A stretch of 64,000 nt of DNA from Scyliorhinus canicula. Lineage: Eukaryota. Where the stretch lies: assembly GCF_902713615.1 (NCBI RefSeq), contig NC_052167.1, forward strand, positions 14,915,983-14,979,982, read 5' to 3'. The first letter of the stretch is position 1. Every line of letters starts with the position of its first letter. This document shows, piece by piece, positions 1 to 11,571 of this stretch. The notes under the pieces were generated by a model. It was not told where the DNA came from. It did not search any database and worked only from the letters and a program-made list of their open reading frames with translations. A program made the translations under genes and the position numbers.

Positions 1-100
1 GAGAGAGACAGAAAGACAGCCAGAGAGAGACAGAAAGAAAGAGTTGCGAGAGACAGAAAGAGAGAGTTGAGAGAGACAGAAAGAAAGAGTTGAGAGAGTT
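1..100. repeat. (GA)n/GAGACA-rich simple repeat
   Basis: Direct reading: gagagagacagaaagacag... purine-rich repeat. Confidence 0.85.
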
Positions 101-372
101 AGAAAATAGTTCTGTATTCATATTTCATTTTCAGACTTTGACTTTTAAAGTTGTGTTCGGGCTCTTGTCTCAGAAGATAATTCCTGTGATTCTTTGAAAA
201 AAATCAAATTGTCTACAAACTACCTTTTAAATGATTTTCAAGTTGTAACCAATGAACTCCAAATAAAACAATTCTTATTTGCACCTGACAAGTTTTTAAA
301 CTTGAATTTCTACTGAGTTTCAGCAATGTACAAGAACAACCAGTAACCCTGAATTGAATAAACTTCGTTATC

Positions 373-655
373 CTAAGATCCTTCAGCCCCCTTAGTTTTA
401 GATTCTGCCCCCTCCCCACCCCCAAGCCACCACCACGGAGAAACATTGGCATCCACTCTGTCAAGACCCCTCAGAATGTGACATGTTTCAATAATATCAC
501 CTCTTATTCTTCTAAACTCCAATGAGTATAAGACAAGCATGTTCAACCTTTCCTCATAAGACAACTCCTTCATTCAAGAAATCAGCCCAGGGGACCTTCC
601 CTGAACTGTTTCTAATGCAAGTGTCTCTCATTCAGTACATTGACCAAAACTGTAC
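373..655 (-). mobile_element. CR1-clade LINE, 3' ORF2 fragment
   Basis: Minus ORF MKELSYEERLNMLVLYSLEFRRIRGDIIETCHILRGL matches the typical CR1 ORF2 C-terminus (LSYEERL..L.L.SLE.RRLRGDLI). Confidence 0.8.
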
Positions 656-1610
656 ACAGGGTACTTGATCGTTAAGTAGCAACATACATTTAAACTTTAA
701 CTCATAAACTAAGTAATAGAATGCTGTGTGTTCTCTTAAGCCAGCAATTCAATGTTAATATTAATACCAACTTGTTCATATGTGTATATGCGTAGTAAAC
801 ACATTAAGATCAACGGCTATAATGTTCCCAGGTAAAAGTACTTAAAACAATTACTTCAAACAGCTCTACTATGCAAACAGTGAATGCAATTTTTATATGT
901 TCCCATTCACTGGTGAGCAGCAAAAGCCCACCATGAACCTGTGCTGACCTAGCCTCATTTGAATAGAATGCATAAATGAATAAATTGTCAGCTTGACAAT
1001 GGGTGGAAGCAGAAAATCCAGTGGCCCATCTGCAGAGCGTGAGACAGAGAATTTAATCTCGTACTGTCTTCCAGAAATCCACCACAAACTTGATTTTTAG
1101 CCTTGTCTGAGTAACTTCCAGGAGACAGAGATATAGCTGCATTCTATTCAGAACAAGTGGGTGGCTGAGCAGCAAATCATGGAAGTCATAAATGCAATGG
1201 TGACCCTGATTTAAATATATTAATTGAATCCTGACTCCCCATTTTAAGGTCAAAATTGCAGCAGGTCACCTGCTAAGTTGTATATAGAATTTTTTTTCTT
1301 TTCTTTTTCTGGCAAGAACAAAGTGATAGCACTTGTGTTCCAGTTACAAGGGGAATCTCATAGAGTTGGTATTCCAAACACAAACATTCAGTGATCAAGA
1401 AAATATGTCAACGTTCACATTATGATGACTAAACTCCATAAAAACACCAGTGGTTTGCAACAAAATTGACATGTGTCACAGAGTCATCGTTAACTTCATA
1501 CAAATAACCAATCGTATAAGGAAATACTACTCATGGAACGTAGATGCTCTATTGAATTTAGACAGTGTTATTTATACCTAGAGCCATGTTGCTTATGAAT
1601 TGCACCTTAC

Positions 1611-1711
1611 CGTAATAAATTGAAACTAAGATCTAGACGCTTCGTGAAATGTCCATACTCGCGACCAAGAAATTCTGGAACACCTTCACAGTCCTGACCA
1701 ATATAAGAAAC
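1611..1711 (-). CDS. LRMDA: LRMDA (C10orf11) coding exon 2, leucine-rich melanocyte differentiation-associated protein
   Basis: Manual minus-strand translation [33 protein letters not shown](R) matches recalled human [34 protein letters not shown]. The 101-nt exon has acceptor tttgtacAG and donor GTaagg. It is syntenic with ZNF503, and the gene continues off the left edge. Confidence 0.93.
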
Positions 1712-1844
1712 CTGTACAAAATATAAATTGAAATAAAATGTTGAATAATGAAGAAACAAGCAAATCACATTAACTTTTGACAGAATTATATTTGCTGCAC
1801 ATTTCAGTTGAATAGCACTTCAAGAATATTATTCTGAATATAGT

Positions 1845-2095
1845 TATCTGCATACCAGGAGCAACATCAAGCATACTGAAAAATGAGGCAGCAACCTGGT
1901 GAAGCTAAAACAAGACTACTTGGATGCCAAACAGTATAAGCAACAAGTAATAGACACATCCCCATCCTCAATGATGGAGGAGCCCAGCACATGTGCAAAC
2001 AACAAGGCTGAGGCATTTGCAAAAATCTTCAGCCAAAAGTGCTGAGTGGTGATCTATCTCAGTCTCCCCAGGAAGTCCCCAGCATCACAATCTTC
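1845..2095 (+). mobile_element. Degenerate LINE ORF2 fragment
   Basis: Resembles a common elasmobranch LINE segment (atccccatcctcaatgatgg...aaggctgaggcatttgcaaaaatcttcagccaaaagtg); no intact ORF. Confidence 0.5.
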
Positions 2096-2204
2096 AGCCA
2101 CACCTCAAGAGATCATTTTTATACTGCTTTGTTCCTGATTTCAGTTTTTTCTTTCTTGGATGTTCACCAGAGATCCTGGAGCTCACACCAGCATATTAGT
2201 AGTA

Positions 2205-2380
2205 TTATTATAATAATAACTTATTGTCACAAGTAGACTTCAATGAAGTTACTGTGAAAAGCCCCTAGTAGCCACATTCTGGCGCCTGTTCTGGGAGGCC
2301 GTTATGGGAATTGAATCCGAGCCGCTGGCATTGTTCTCATTGCAAGCCAGCTATGTAGCCCACTGTGGTAAACCAGCCCC
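2205..2380 (-). mobile_element. Short tRNA-derived SINE
   Basis: Same family as 52716-52920 (+) and 53598-53752 (-); shares ttattgtcacaagtag..cttcaatgaagttactgtgaaaagcccctagt. Confidence 0.8.
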
Positions 2381-2509
2381 AGGCACATCGTTTTCTTGCT
2401 GTGGACTCTCCCAAGCAGCTCACACCACCACTGCTTTGTCCTGTTGTAGACTCTCCTGACCAGCTCTCTCCAGCAGATTTATCTGCGAGATCATGGCCTG
2501 TTTGTGTTG

Positions 2510-5500
2510 GTGCATGAAAAGGAACGAAGCAGGGGATGTAGTGGAAGGATGTGGAATAGGGGGGCCCGGGTCGGGCATAATTAAAGAAATTCCAATGTTT
2601 TCAGCAAGTGTGTGTGAATTTAAAGATAAAGTTACAATTCGTGATTTGAGATGGTCGGCAACTTCAAAGGATATCAAGCAGTAGTCTTGGTTCAGCCGGT
2701 ACATCGGTCTGGGGCCCGGAGAGCCAAGAAGGGGCCCGTGAATCTCTGAAGGGCCCTTAAAAATCATAATTAATTAGATAAATAAATCTCTAACTTCTTT
2801 CCTGAGATTTGTATTCTAACTTAATAAAATATAATTGCTTTTAAAAAGAGCAATACCAAATAAAAATGCAATAAAGAAACAAACAAATAATCACTCAGTG
2901 TATGAAGGAACGAAGCAGTGTTAAACGGATGTAAAATGGAGTGGAGGGGGGGGGGGGGCTGGTTCACCCGGGTCGGACATAGTTGGAAATCCACGTTTTC
3001 AGCAAGAGTGTGTGAATTTAAAGATAAAGTTTCAGTTCGTGATTTGAGATGGTCGGCAACTTGAAAGGATATCAAGCAGTACATAGGGTCGTGAGGTCAC
3101 CGAAAAGGAGAAGCGGTACCTTTGACCGTGAATCATGAGGTCAAAGATATTGAAGTGATAAGCCATGATCGGCAAATTCAAAGGGTTGCGACTTGTAACA
3201 CTACACTGGTATCAAACTGGACATGTTAACTTTGGTCATGGGACCATTCTTAATGTCTTACTATAGTCGGACCAAACTTCTAAGTTTCAACAGTTGTCTC
3301 AGTTGCTTGCTGGTGTGAACACTGGACAGTGGATTGTCTCCTCTTCTGAAGCTGCATAGGCCACAGTAGTATTGACTAAAGAACATAGCCTATTGAAGTG
3401 TAAGTAAGTTATTTTATATTTTTTATCTAGTAGGGGTTTATCTGGCGTTCCTTCAAGTTATTCTTGCAATCATCAATATTAATTTTTCCCAATGTGGGCT
3501 ATTTTTAATTAAGTTTTTATTTCAGGAATATTACCCCTACCAGCATGGAAAAGAAAAAGCATAAATCTGGGTCACTAAAACGCAAAGAACAAAAAGAAGC
3601 AGAAAGGAAGGAATCAACCAAGCAATGCAGGCCTATTACAGAGTTTATAATACCACAAGCACAATCCACATCAATATCCAGTTCTGCAATAAATAATCAA
3701 GAAGCTAGAAACAATGCTCATGGTGATGATGCAATGACATGCGAGTTACAAGAACAGAGAAGAGCTACTTTGAATGTAGAGACAAATACAAGTGCATCCA
3801 TTACTAATCAATCCAGGCCCAATCTTTCTTCTGGCTTCCTTGTTCCGGTATCTGTACTCCCTGTAGTTGCAACATCTGAACGCATAGCTTCAATAAGTGA
3901 CAGGGAATCAGATATTCCTTCAAGCATAAATGACTTGGTTTCTGAAGCACATCCTGTAAATGAACCTATGCAAGAAAATGAAAGATCAATTACTGGAATC
4001 TTCCAATATCCATCACGAGCAAAGCTAAAACAGTTTTTTGCTGAACATCCACTTCAGCACTTGATGATCTGCCATTTGATGCTCGTTTGTATGAGAGGAA
4101 AATTATGAATGACTCAGTCCCAAGAAAATGGCTAACATATAACAAAGAAAATAGATGCTTATATTGTTCATACTGTTTAGCCTTTGAGTTTCCCAACACT
4201 TGTAATCCATCACCCTTTGTACGTTGCTTTAGTGACTACAGGCGTATTAGCCAGAGCTTGACTTTACATGAATCGACAACACATGTCAGAAATGCTCAGC
4301 AATATATCAGTGCGGTTAATGATGGCACCTTGGATAATTTTTTTAGAAAAGTTTGATGCAAAAACAAAACATGAAGCAAATGTTTTACTTCAAAGTCTTC
4401 TAAAGTTTGAAACCATATTGACAGCATTTACTTGTATATATCTGAAACTACAACCCCGTTATCAAGTTATCTACAGAAAAGTGGTTTAGATATGTTTACT
4501 GCATGGAGTTTGGTAGATTCAGCTACAACAAAATTGAAGGAACAGACAAGAACATTTGATAACGTTCACAGCAAGGCTTTGGAATTTGTAAATAAATGTA
4601 ATGACAGGATTTCACAGATGAATATGGATGAAAATCAAACATTGGAAATTGATGCGTTGGAAACAGCATTGCCAGTTAAGAGGCAGAGGGAGAAGAAAAG
4701 AATGGCAGATGAGCTTATTGATGATGAAAGAAATTCCTCAGATTCTCTAGCTGATTTTCGAGTAAATGTGTTTAACCTAATAATGGATCGCATTGTCCAG
4801 TCATTAGAATCACGCTTTGTACAACACAAACAGTTGTATAAAGATTTGTCCTGCTTGGACCCAGCAAAGTTTAAAACTATTGCAGAGAAGGGCCTTGAAG
4901 ATGAAGCATTGGAAGGTATTATTAAGCTGTTTCCACAAATCAGTAAAGATCAAGTAATATTGGAATTGTTTTCTTTTGCTTCAAACTTTAATGTATTAAA
5001 GCTATTGCTTAATGATGGTGAGAATATGGATTCCAGTTGCAACAATTATAAAATTTGCAGCACTTGCCCATCGTGTGTACTAAAAATTCTGGCATCCAAC
5101 AGACTTCATGACAAGGCATATGATAACCTTTATGAACTTTATAAAGTCATCTGCACGCTATCAGTTACTCAAGTCCAATGTGAGAGGACATTTTCAAAGC
5201 TAAAGATCATAAAGACAAGGTTAAGAAATTCGCTGTCTGAGGAGAATTTGGAATCATACATGTTGCTATCCATTGAAAAGGAATTGTTAGATGAATTGGA
5301 TGCAGAAGCAATTATTGGCAGATTCGCACAATCATCTAGCGAACACAAACGATTGCTCTTAATATAGTGGACTGCATGCAATGCTCTATTGTGCTATATG
5401 TGTAAATTGTGCAGTAAACTATTTAAAAATATCAACCAATTACTTAAATTTAAAAAATAAATAAAAAATTCAATTATAACATTCTGTATTTACATTTGGT

Positions 5501-5713
5501 ATCTACTGCCAGTAATATGTACAGTACATGTACACTGTAATTACTAAGAAAGACACATTTTTTCCATAAACATTTTAATTGTACCCTTTTTTCCATATGT
5601 ATTTTTTGAAAATTTTATTTATTCGTTATGAAAATTAAATGATAGCATTGTAGTTGTGGGTGGGCCCCCTTTGTCTCCTGGCAACCAATATTTTTAGACC
5701 CAGTCCGCCACTG
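2510..5713 (+). mobile_element. hAT DNA transposon (ZMYM1-like transposase), internally deleted and frameshifted
   Basis: ORF pieces at 3545-4108, 4087-4356 (RKWLTY..LYCSYCLAF..HES..H zinc finger-like) and 4432-5367 (hATC dimerisation motif CTLSVTQVQCERTFSKLKIIKTRLRNSL). The right terminus ...cagtccgccactg ends at 5713. No left TIR was found. Confidence 0.85.
3545..5367 (+). pseudogene. hAT transposase pseudogene
   Basis: Frameshifts, and the central catalytic region appears to be missing at ~4345. Confidence 0.8.
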
Positions 5714-5773
5714 ATCAGGATCGAACCCGGGTCTTCTGCTCTATAGGTAGCAGTGCTAACCACTGTGCCACCC
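5714..5773 (-). mobile_element. tRNA-SINE 5' head, truncated at the hAT end
   Basis: Reverse complement gggtggcacagtggttagcactgct...cgggttcgatcc shows A and B boxes. Confidence 0.75.
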
Positions 5774-6104
5774 CATTCAAATCCATTGCTAATTTCATCA
5801 TTAAGTGCTGTGACATCATTAGTTGTAACCCCTGTATATTCGTATTTAATTGTCCTTCGTTCTAATTCTATTACTTCAATGTTTAGCAAGCTGCTCCCAT
5901 TTTTGAGTTCATACAGTATTTTAAACTTTATTTTATATTAAAGATTAACTTTAATGATTAACTTTATTAACAATGCATTTTGACTACCATTTTATGGTCA
6001 AGTTACAGCTTTTTGGTGAACCAGCATTTTAACAAAACCCAATTTCAACACTTTCAATTGAAAATTTTGCTAAGTATACCAACAGAAGACAAGTTAGCAG
6101 CACC

Positions 6105-6620
6105 ATGGCTATGTTAGGTCTTGGTCTATGAGTGAGTTTGTGAAAGAGAACGAAAACTTGGACTCAATATGTGGAAAGGTTGGAACACTTTTACTTGTCA
6201 AATAGAATCACAGACGGCACTAGCTTAGTGCGTGTGTGTGTGTTGGGGGGGGGGCTTACAAGCTAGTGAGAAATTTAGCTACACCACAGAAATCGGGGGA
6301 CATTTCATTTGCGGATTTTGTTGCACTCATTCAGAATCACCACAATCCTAAGCCCTCAGTAATTGTACAACTTTTCAAATTCCATCACCATTTTTGGAAG
6401 ACAGGATACAGTCTGTAGCTAACTTTGCTGCTGAATTGTGCCAGCTCTCTGGACATAGCTTGTTTGGAACAGTTTTGCAAGGCATGCTTTGAGACAGACT
6501 CATTTATGGCATTAACGAGGACAGCATTCAGTGGCATTTGTTGCAAGAAGCCATACTTGCTTTTAAGAAGGCTCTAGAAATTTCTCAGGGCATGGAAATG
6601 GCATCCAATAACGCATGAGT
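6105..6620 (+). mobile_element. Gypsy (Mag/K02A2.6-like) gag fragment
   Basis: WTQYVERLEHF-like start and AYKLVRNLATPQK...HHNPKPSVIVQ.FKF. Confidence 0.7.
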
Positions 6621-7850
6621 GGCTATGTTTTAGAGAGCTTCAGCTCTACTGGTCTTTCAAGCAGATTTTAAAATCCATTTGCACATTTTGTTTTCTTGGT
6701 ATACATAGTTTTTACTATGTCCTGAGATTTGCTGGTCAATATTTCAGCACTACTGAGTCAAGTCAAAATGCTTTGATCCTCATTGATTTTTGGCAGCTGG
6801 AAGGAATTGGGGTGGGAAATTCTCATTAGTGGTGCTGTCCAGCCTGATCGTGTGTGTGTTCCGACAGACGATGGCTGGTAGCAATGATGTTCAACCATCC
6901 GAATGTCTTGGCTCTGTAGTGCAGATTGTCAAAGCTCAATTTCAAGAGTTATGAGATTTTTGTGCAGGCATTGGAATTTCACAAAGAGGTTCTTGTATCA
7001 GAGAGAGCACTGTTCTTGGTGGAACCAGGGAGCTCATTTAACCCTGTTTCCGAAGCCTGGGGTTGGGTTGGCCTTCCAACCCCTGGTCTTATGTTGTTCC
7101 CGATGTTGGTCGAGACAGGTTGGGGTGGCCAAGCCTGCCAGGTCATCCCCCACTGCTTGGATTGTTGGTCACCTGCGTTAGGGTGAGACGGCATGTTGAA
7201 AGAAATGAGTGTTTGTGCTTCGATCGTTGGAATCCATGGAAGATCTTGAAGAGTGTTCACAGTCTTTGATCCTGCTTTTTCTTTGATATCTCCTTTCTTC
7301 ATGTATCAGTGAAGAAGACTTTACCCTGATAACTGTCTCTCATTTCAGATGTTATCCTGGACTGCTCCCTGATAATTAAGTTGTTGTCAATTTATTTGCT
7401 TGCAGGGAAGTTAATAATTTGAGTGTGATGTCCTGCACCGCTGGTTATCCTGATTTAATAAGTTTATACCATGTTAAGCTGAATGTTGAAATCATGATTT
7501 GTACAAAGTATCTTTATTCAAATGTCTTCACCTTGTCATTCTGCAGTTATATTGCGACTATCTGTTCTGGCCTGGAGAAGAGTTTGATTTGCACTGTGAG
7601 CATTAGTCAATTTCCTCTTTAGTTCTGGGGTTCTTGGGATATTGTTTTTTCCTTCTGTCCTTTTGTTTGAAGCTATAAAGGTACGATGCAGATCTGATAT
7701 GTTGCCGGTATCCTGTTTTAATGTAGATGGGTCCTATATCCATGAAGGGAATAGGTTGGGAATTTTGTCTCAGATTCATCCGACCTCATTTGTTCTAATT
7801 CTTACGATGTCTACTGTTTTACACTGTACCTTTTGAACATTTATACTTAT
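6620..7850 (-). mobile_element. Degenerate LINE-like fragment, clade not assigned
   Basis: Several broken overlapping ORFs and LINE-like composition; no diagnostic motif read. Confidence 0.35.
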
Positions 7851-8199
7851 GGCTTGCTTTCCTCTTCCTTTGTTTGCTTTGAGGAGAGTTTTGTAAAAAT
7901 TGGAAATTACAGTAAAAATACTTTTTTTTTTAAGTGCACAATGAAACTATCTTTTTGGCAACAGCCCTCATTAGATTCTCAACTGTAAAATCCAGGATCT
8001 AATCCTAAACCGAGAAATTGCTTTCACGTTAAACAGAAGTACAATCCACAACTTCGCAGAACTAATACACACTGATGTGTTTTTTTCCCCCCCAAAGGGA
8101 GATTTGAAACAAACAGTTTCTCAGGACAAATATTCCCATACTACAGGAGTCTCTGTAACTTCATCGTCCATCCCTATGGCCACCCTCACACAAACCAAA

Positions 8200-8560
8200 A
8201 AGGGTCAACAAGAATGCAAATTTATTGAAAACATTTCAGGGGTTCAATACATCCCTAAGTGCTCCAAATCCAAAGAAATAGTGAAGTATAGTGCCTGTTG
8301 TAACATAAGAAAGCATGGAAGCCAATTTTTGCACAGCAAAGTCTTGCAAACAATTAAGCGCGAATGGTTGGCAGGACAGCAGGAGCACTTTGCTGCTCTT
8401 CTTATGAGTGCTATAAGATCTTTTACATCCAAAAGGGCAGATGGGATTTTGATTAACATCCCATCCACTATACAATAATTGCCGAGTGTCAGTATTCCCT
8501 CAGTACTGTGCTGAAATGCCAGCCAAATTCAATTGTGGGAGGTGAGAAAGCTACCTTGAA
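8200..8560 (-). mobile_element. DeuSINE (AmnSINE1/SacSINE1-like), old
   Basis: Reverse complement shows Deu-domain landmarks: cagtactgagggaatactgacac...ggatgtaaaagatcttatagcact...gaagagcagc. Confidence 0.65.
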
Positions 8561-8794
8561 GCCAATACCGACAACATAAAAGTCTGAAAAAGCTAGTTCG
8601 TAATTTTTTCCACCTCAGATAGATGAAACGCTGAGTGAATCATGTTAGAATTCAAAACCAGGACCCATTAGCTCCTGTTCCAGCAATTAATTAATTATCC
8701 AGCCTCGTACAAGTGGAACCATTCAAAAAAAAAGATTAAATTATAATAAGATCACTTCATAATACACGGTTCTGATGCTGTTGTTTTTTTAATT

Positions 8795-9080
8795 CTTTCA
8801 TGGGATGTGAATGCTGCTGGCTTGGCCAGCATTTATTGTCCGTCCACAATTATTTTTGAGGAGGTGGTGGTGAGCAGTCTTCTTGAAATGCTTAAGTCCA
8901 TGTGGTGTAGTTCCATCCTTAGCTTGCAGCTGCTCCTCACAGAAGATCTGCTGTCAGTATGCCAGATTTGTCTTGCACCATCCTCAGACATCCACTTGAA
9001 CTCATCTACAACTATTCGGTGATATCCATCTCCCCACCTCGGTTGACCCCTCTTTCTGGTGCCTTGCACTTTGTCCTAGA
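8795..9080 (-). mobile_element. LINE 3' tail fragments (CR1-like plus RTE-like)
   Basis: gggatgtg..gctggcttggccagcatttattg is a common shark LINE tail; an RTE-like RKRGQPR segment follows. Confidence 0.55.
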
Positions 9081-10149
9081 TCTCTGTAGCCATTCAGCTC
9101 TGATCAACTGGCCAAAAAACTGACATTTCCTTTTCAGGGTGTCACTTTTTAAAGAGTTATTTTCACTGTTGAAATTTCAAGTATCTCTTTGTCTTATGGC
9201 CTGTATGTTGAATTTTTCAGCTTGTGTTTGAGCATCCACATTTGAAAGACCTCTATTTTCTCCCACAGATCTGTACTCATTTCTGAGGCACATAGGAAAG
9301 TGGATCATCTTATGAATTTTCTCCTTGTTACAAGCTTGAGCTTTCTTGATGTTAACACATGCTCAATCTTCACAAAATTACTTCTGCTTTCTCTATCCTT
9401 CTAACTCCTGCTTCACATCTGCCATTTTCTGTTATTATTTGTCCTAAATATGTAAGCGTATCTACTATTCCAGTGTGACACAATCTACGTTTCACTCCAG
9501 TTTCTTCCAATACATTCCTGTTAGCTACCTTTTTTTTGTCTTTCAAATGTTCATACTCAATCCATATTTTAAAGTTTAGATTTCACTTAGTGTACAATAT
9601 TTTGTAGGGCCCCTTCTGATTCTGCACATAGCGCTGTATTGTCAGTGTATGCCCTTGTTAATTGACATGTTGCTGAACTGTGCCATTGACAGTAAAGATG
9701 TGAGATTTATCTAGAGTTTAAATTGGTACCAAATAGCAAGCATCAGGCTAGAAAATGGACAATCAGATACGAGGGGAATACGACAAGGCTGGGCACTGGC
9801 AACAAAATTATTAAACATTCGATTAGATATATATGCCGAGAATTAGATGTACTTCTGGGATAAGTACTGGAGTCAAGAACTTAACAGATTTGTGGTACGC
9901 TGACAATACAGGATTAAATTTTCTGCTACGATCTTGGCAGACCCCAATGATAGACATGTTACCGTTGTGGGTCTCTGGAAGGCACCTCGGTGGTCCTGGT
10001 TAATGTCCACGTCTCAAAGTGGGACGATGTGGGTTTTATTAACAAGCTGATTTGGATTTGCATTAGCTAATCTTGAAGGGTGACTTAAACTGTGTCCTAG
10101 ATCCCAGGATGGATTGATCCATGCCCAAATCTCTGATTCCATCAGAGGT

Positions 10150-10248
10150 ACAGTAAGAAGTCTTACAACACCAGGTTAAAGTCCAACATGTTTGTTTCAA
10201 ACACTAGCTTTCAGAGCACTGCTCCTTCCTCAGGTGAATGAGAGGTGG
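10150..10248 (-). mobile_element. Penelope-like element terminal fragment with 10-bp flanking duplication
   Basis: agtaagaagtcttacaacaccaggttaaagtccaac...; CATCAGAGGT occurs at 10140-10149 and 10249-10258. Confidence 0.7.
10202..10236 (-). ncRNA. Minimal type-I hammerhead ribozyme motif
   Basis: Minus strand CAC-CUGAGGA-A-GGAGC(agu)GCUCU-GAAA-GC-UA-GUG contains the CUGANGA/GAAA core, stem II, palindromic AGCU at loop 3 and stem I CAC/GUG. Confidence 0.65.
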
Positions 10249-10990
10249 CATCAGAGGTGGCAAAGGCGTTGCTGGTTTTCATGGAGTAGCCTTAAGGTGG
10301 TTATCAGGGAGGAGATAATTTCCTACAAAGCACACATGGAAAGGACTGTGACAATGGAGTGGAAGAGGCTGATGGACTCCATCTTGAGTTGGACCATCAA
10401 TAGTCACTTGCCACAACCTCAGAGTTGCTGGCAAGCAAGAAAAAGCTGCAGACACAATTTTAATTACTATCAACCGGTAAGATGGTGGGCCAGCTGCAAA
10501 GTTAAAGAGTGTATTTTATGAATATGGGGAGAAGGCCAGTTGTCTTTTAACTCATCAGGTGAGGCAGCAGGCAGCTTCCTGGGCAGATTGTACAGATAAG
10601 GGACTAGAGTGGCAGTCTGGTTTCCGTCCCGCTTAAGGTTAACGCGGCTTTTGAAATATTTTAATCGGGATCTCTACAGGTCGGAGCCCCGAGTGCACAG
10701 TACAGTCATGAAGGATTTTTTGAATTGGCTATCCATCCCAGTAGTGAGAGGGAGAGGTGTGAAGAGTTGGAATTCCTGTTGGGCCCAGAGGAAATTCGGA
10801 AATGTATTGGGTTGATGCAGGTGTGTAAAGTTTCTGGCCCTGATGGCTTCCCCACTGAGTTTATAAGAAGTTTGCTAAACAATTGATCCCTCTAATTATA
10901 GATATGTTTAATGACTCCTTGTCCCGGGGTTTGTTGCCCATTACACTTTGCAGACCTCAATTTCACTGATCCTTAAAAGAACAAGGACCC

Positions 10991-11345
10991 GGACAGCACG
11001 GTGGCGCAGTGGGTGAGTCCTATTGCCTCACGGTGCCGAGGTCCCAGGTTCGATGCCGGCTCTGGGTCACAGTCCGTGTGGAGTTTGCACATTCTCCATT
11101 TCACTGATCCTAAAAGAACAAGGACCCAGGCAGCACGGTGGCGCAGTGGGTTAGCCCTGCTGCCTCACGGCGTCGAGGTCCCAGGTTCGATCCCGGCTCT
11201 GGGTCACAGTCCGTGTGGAGTTTGCACATTCTCCCAGTGTTTGCGTGGGTTTCGCCCCTACAATCCAAAGATGTGCAGGCTAGGTGTGTTGGCCATGCTA
11301 AATTGTCTCTTAATTGGAAAAAATGAATTGGGTACTCTAAATTAA
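10991..11345 (+). mobile_element. HE1-like tRNA SINE with a duplicated 5' head
   Basis: cagcacggtggcgcagtggg...ggttcgat appears twice; aacaaggaccc appears three times. Confidence 0.85.
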
Positions 11346-11571
11346 TTAAATAAGAAACAAGGACCCTATGAAATGTGGGTTGTATCGACCTATTTCACTT
11401 TTGAACACAGATACTAAGTTACTCGCAAAAGTGCTGGCACTGCGATTGGAGTCCTGCCTCCGAGGGGTGATCTCGGAAGTCCAGGCTTCGTCAAGAGTTG
11501 GCAATTGTTGGCCAATATAAGTCAGCTATTAAATGTTGTCTTCTCCCTCTCTTCAATACCAGAACTGCACG

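Noticed and set aside
3545-5367. Domesticated ZMYM1-like host gene
   Set aside because: Frameshifts, an internal deletion and a retained transposon terminus indicate a dead transposon
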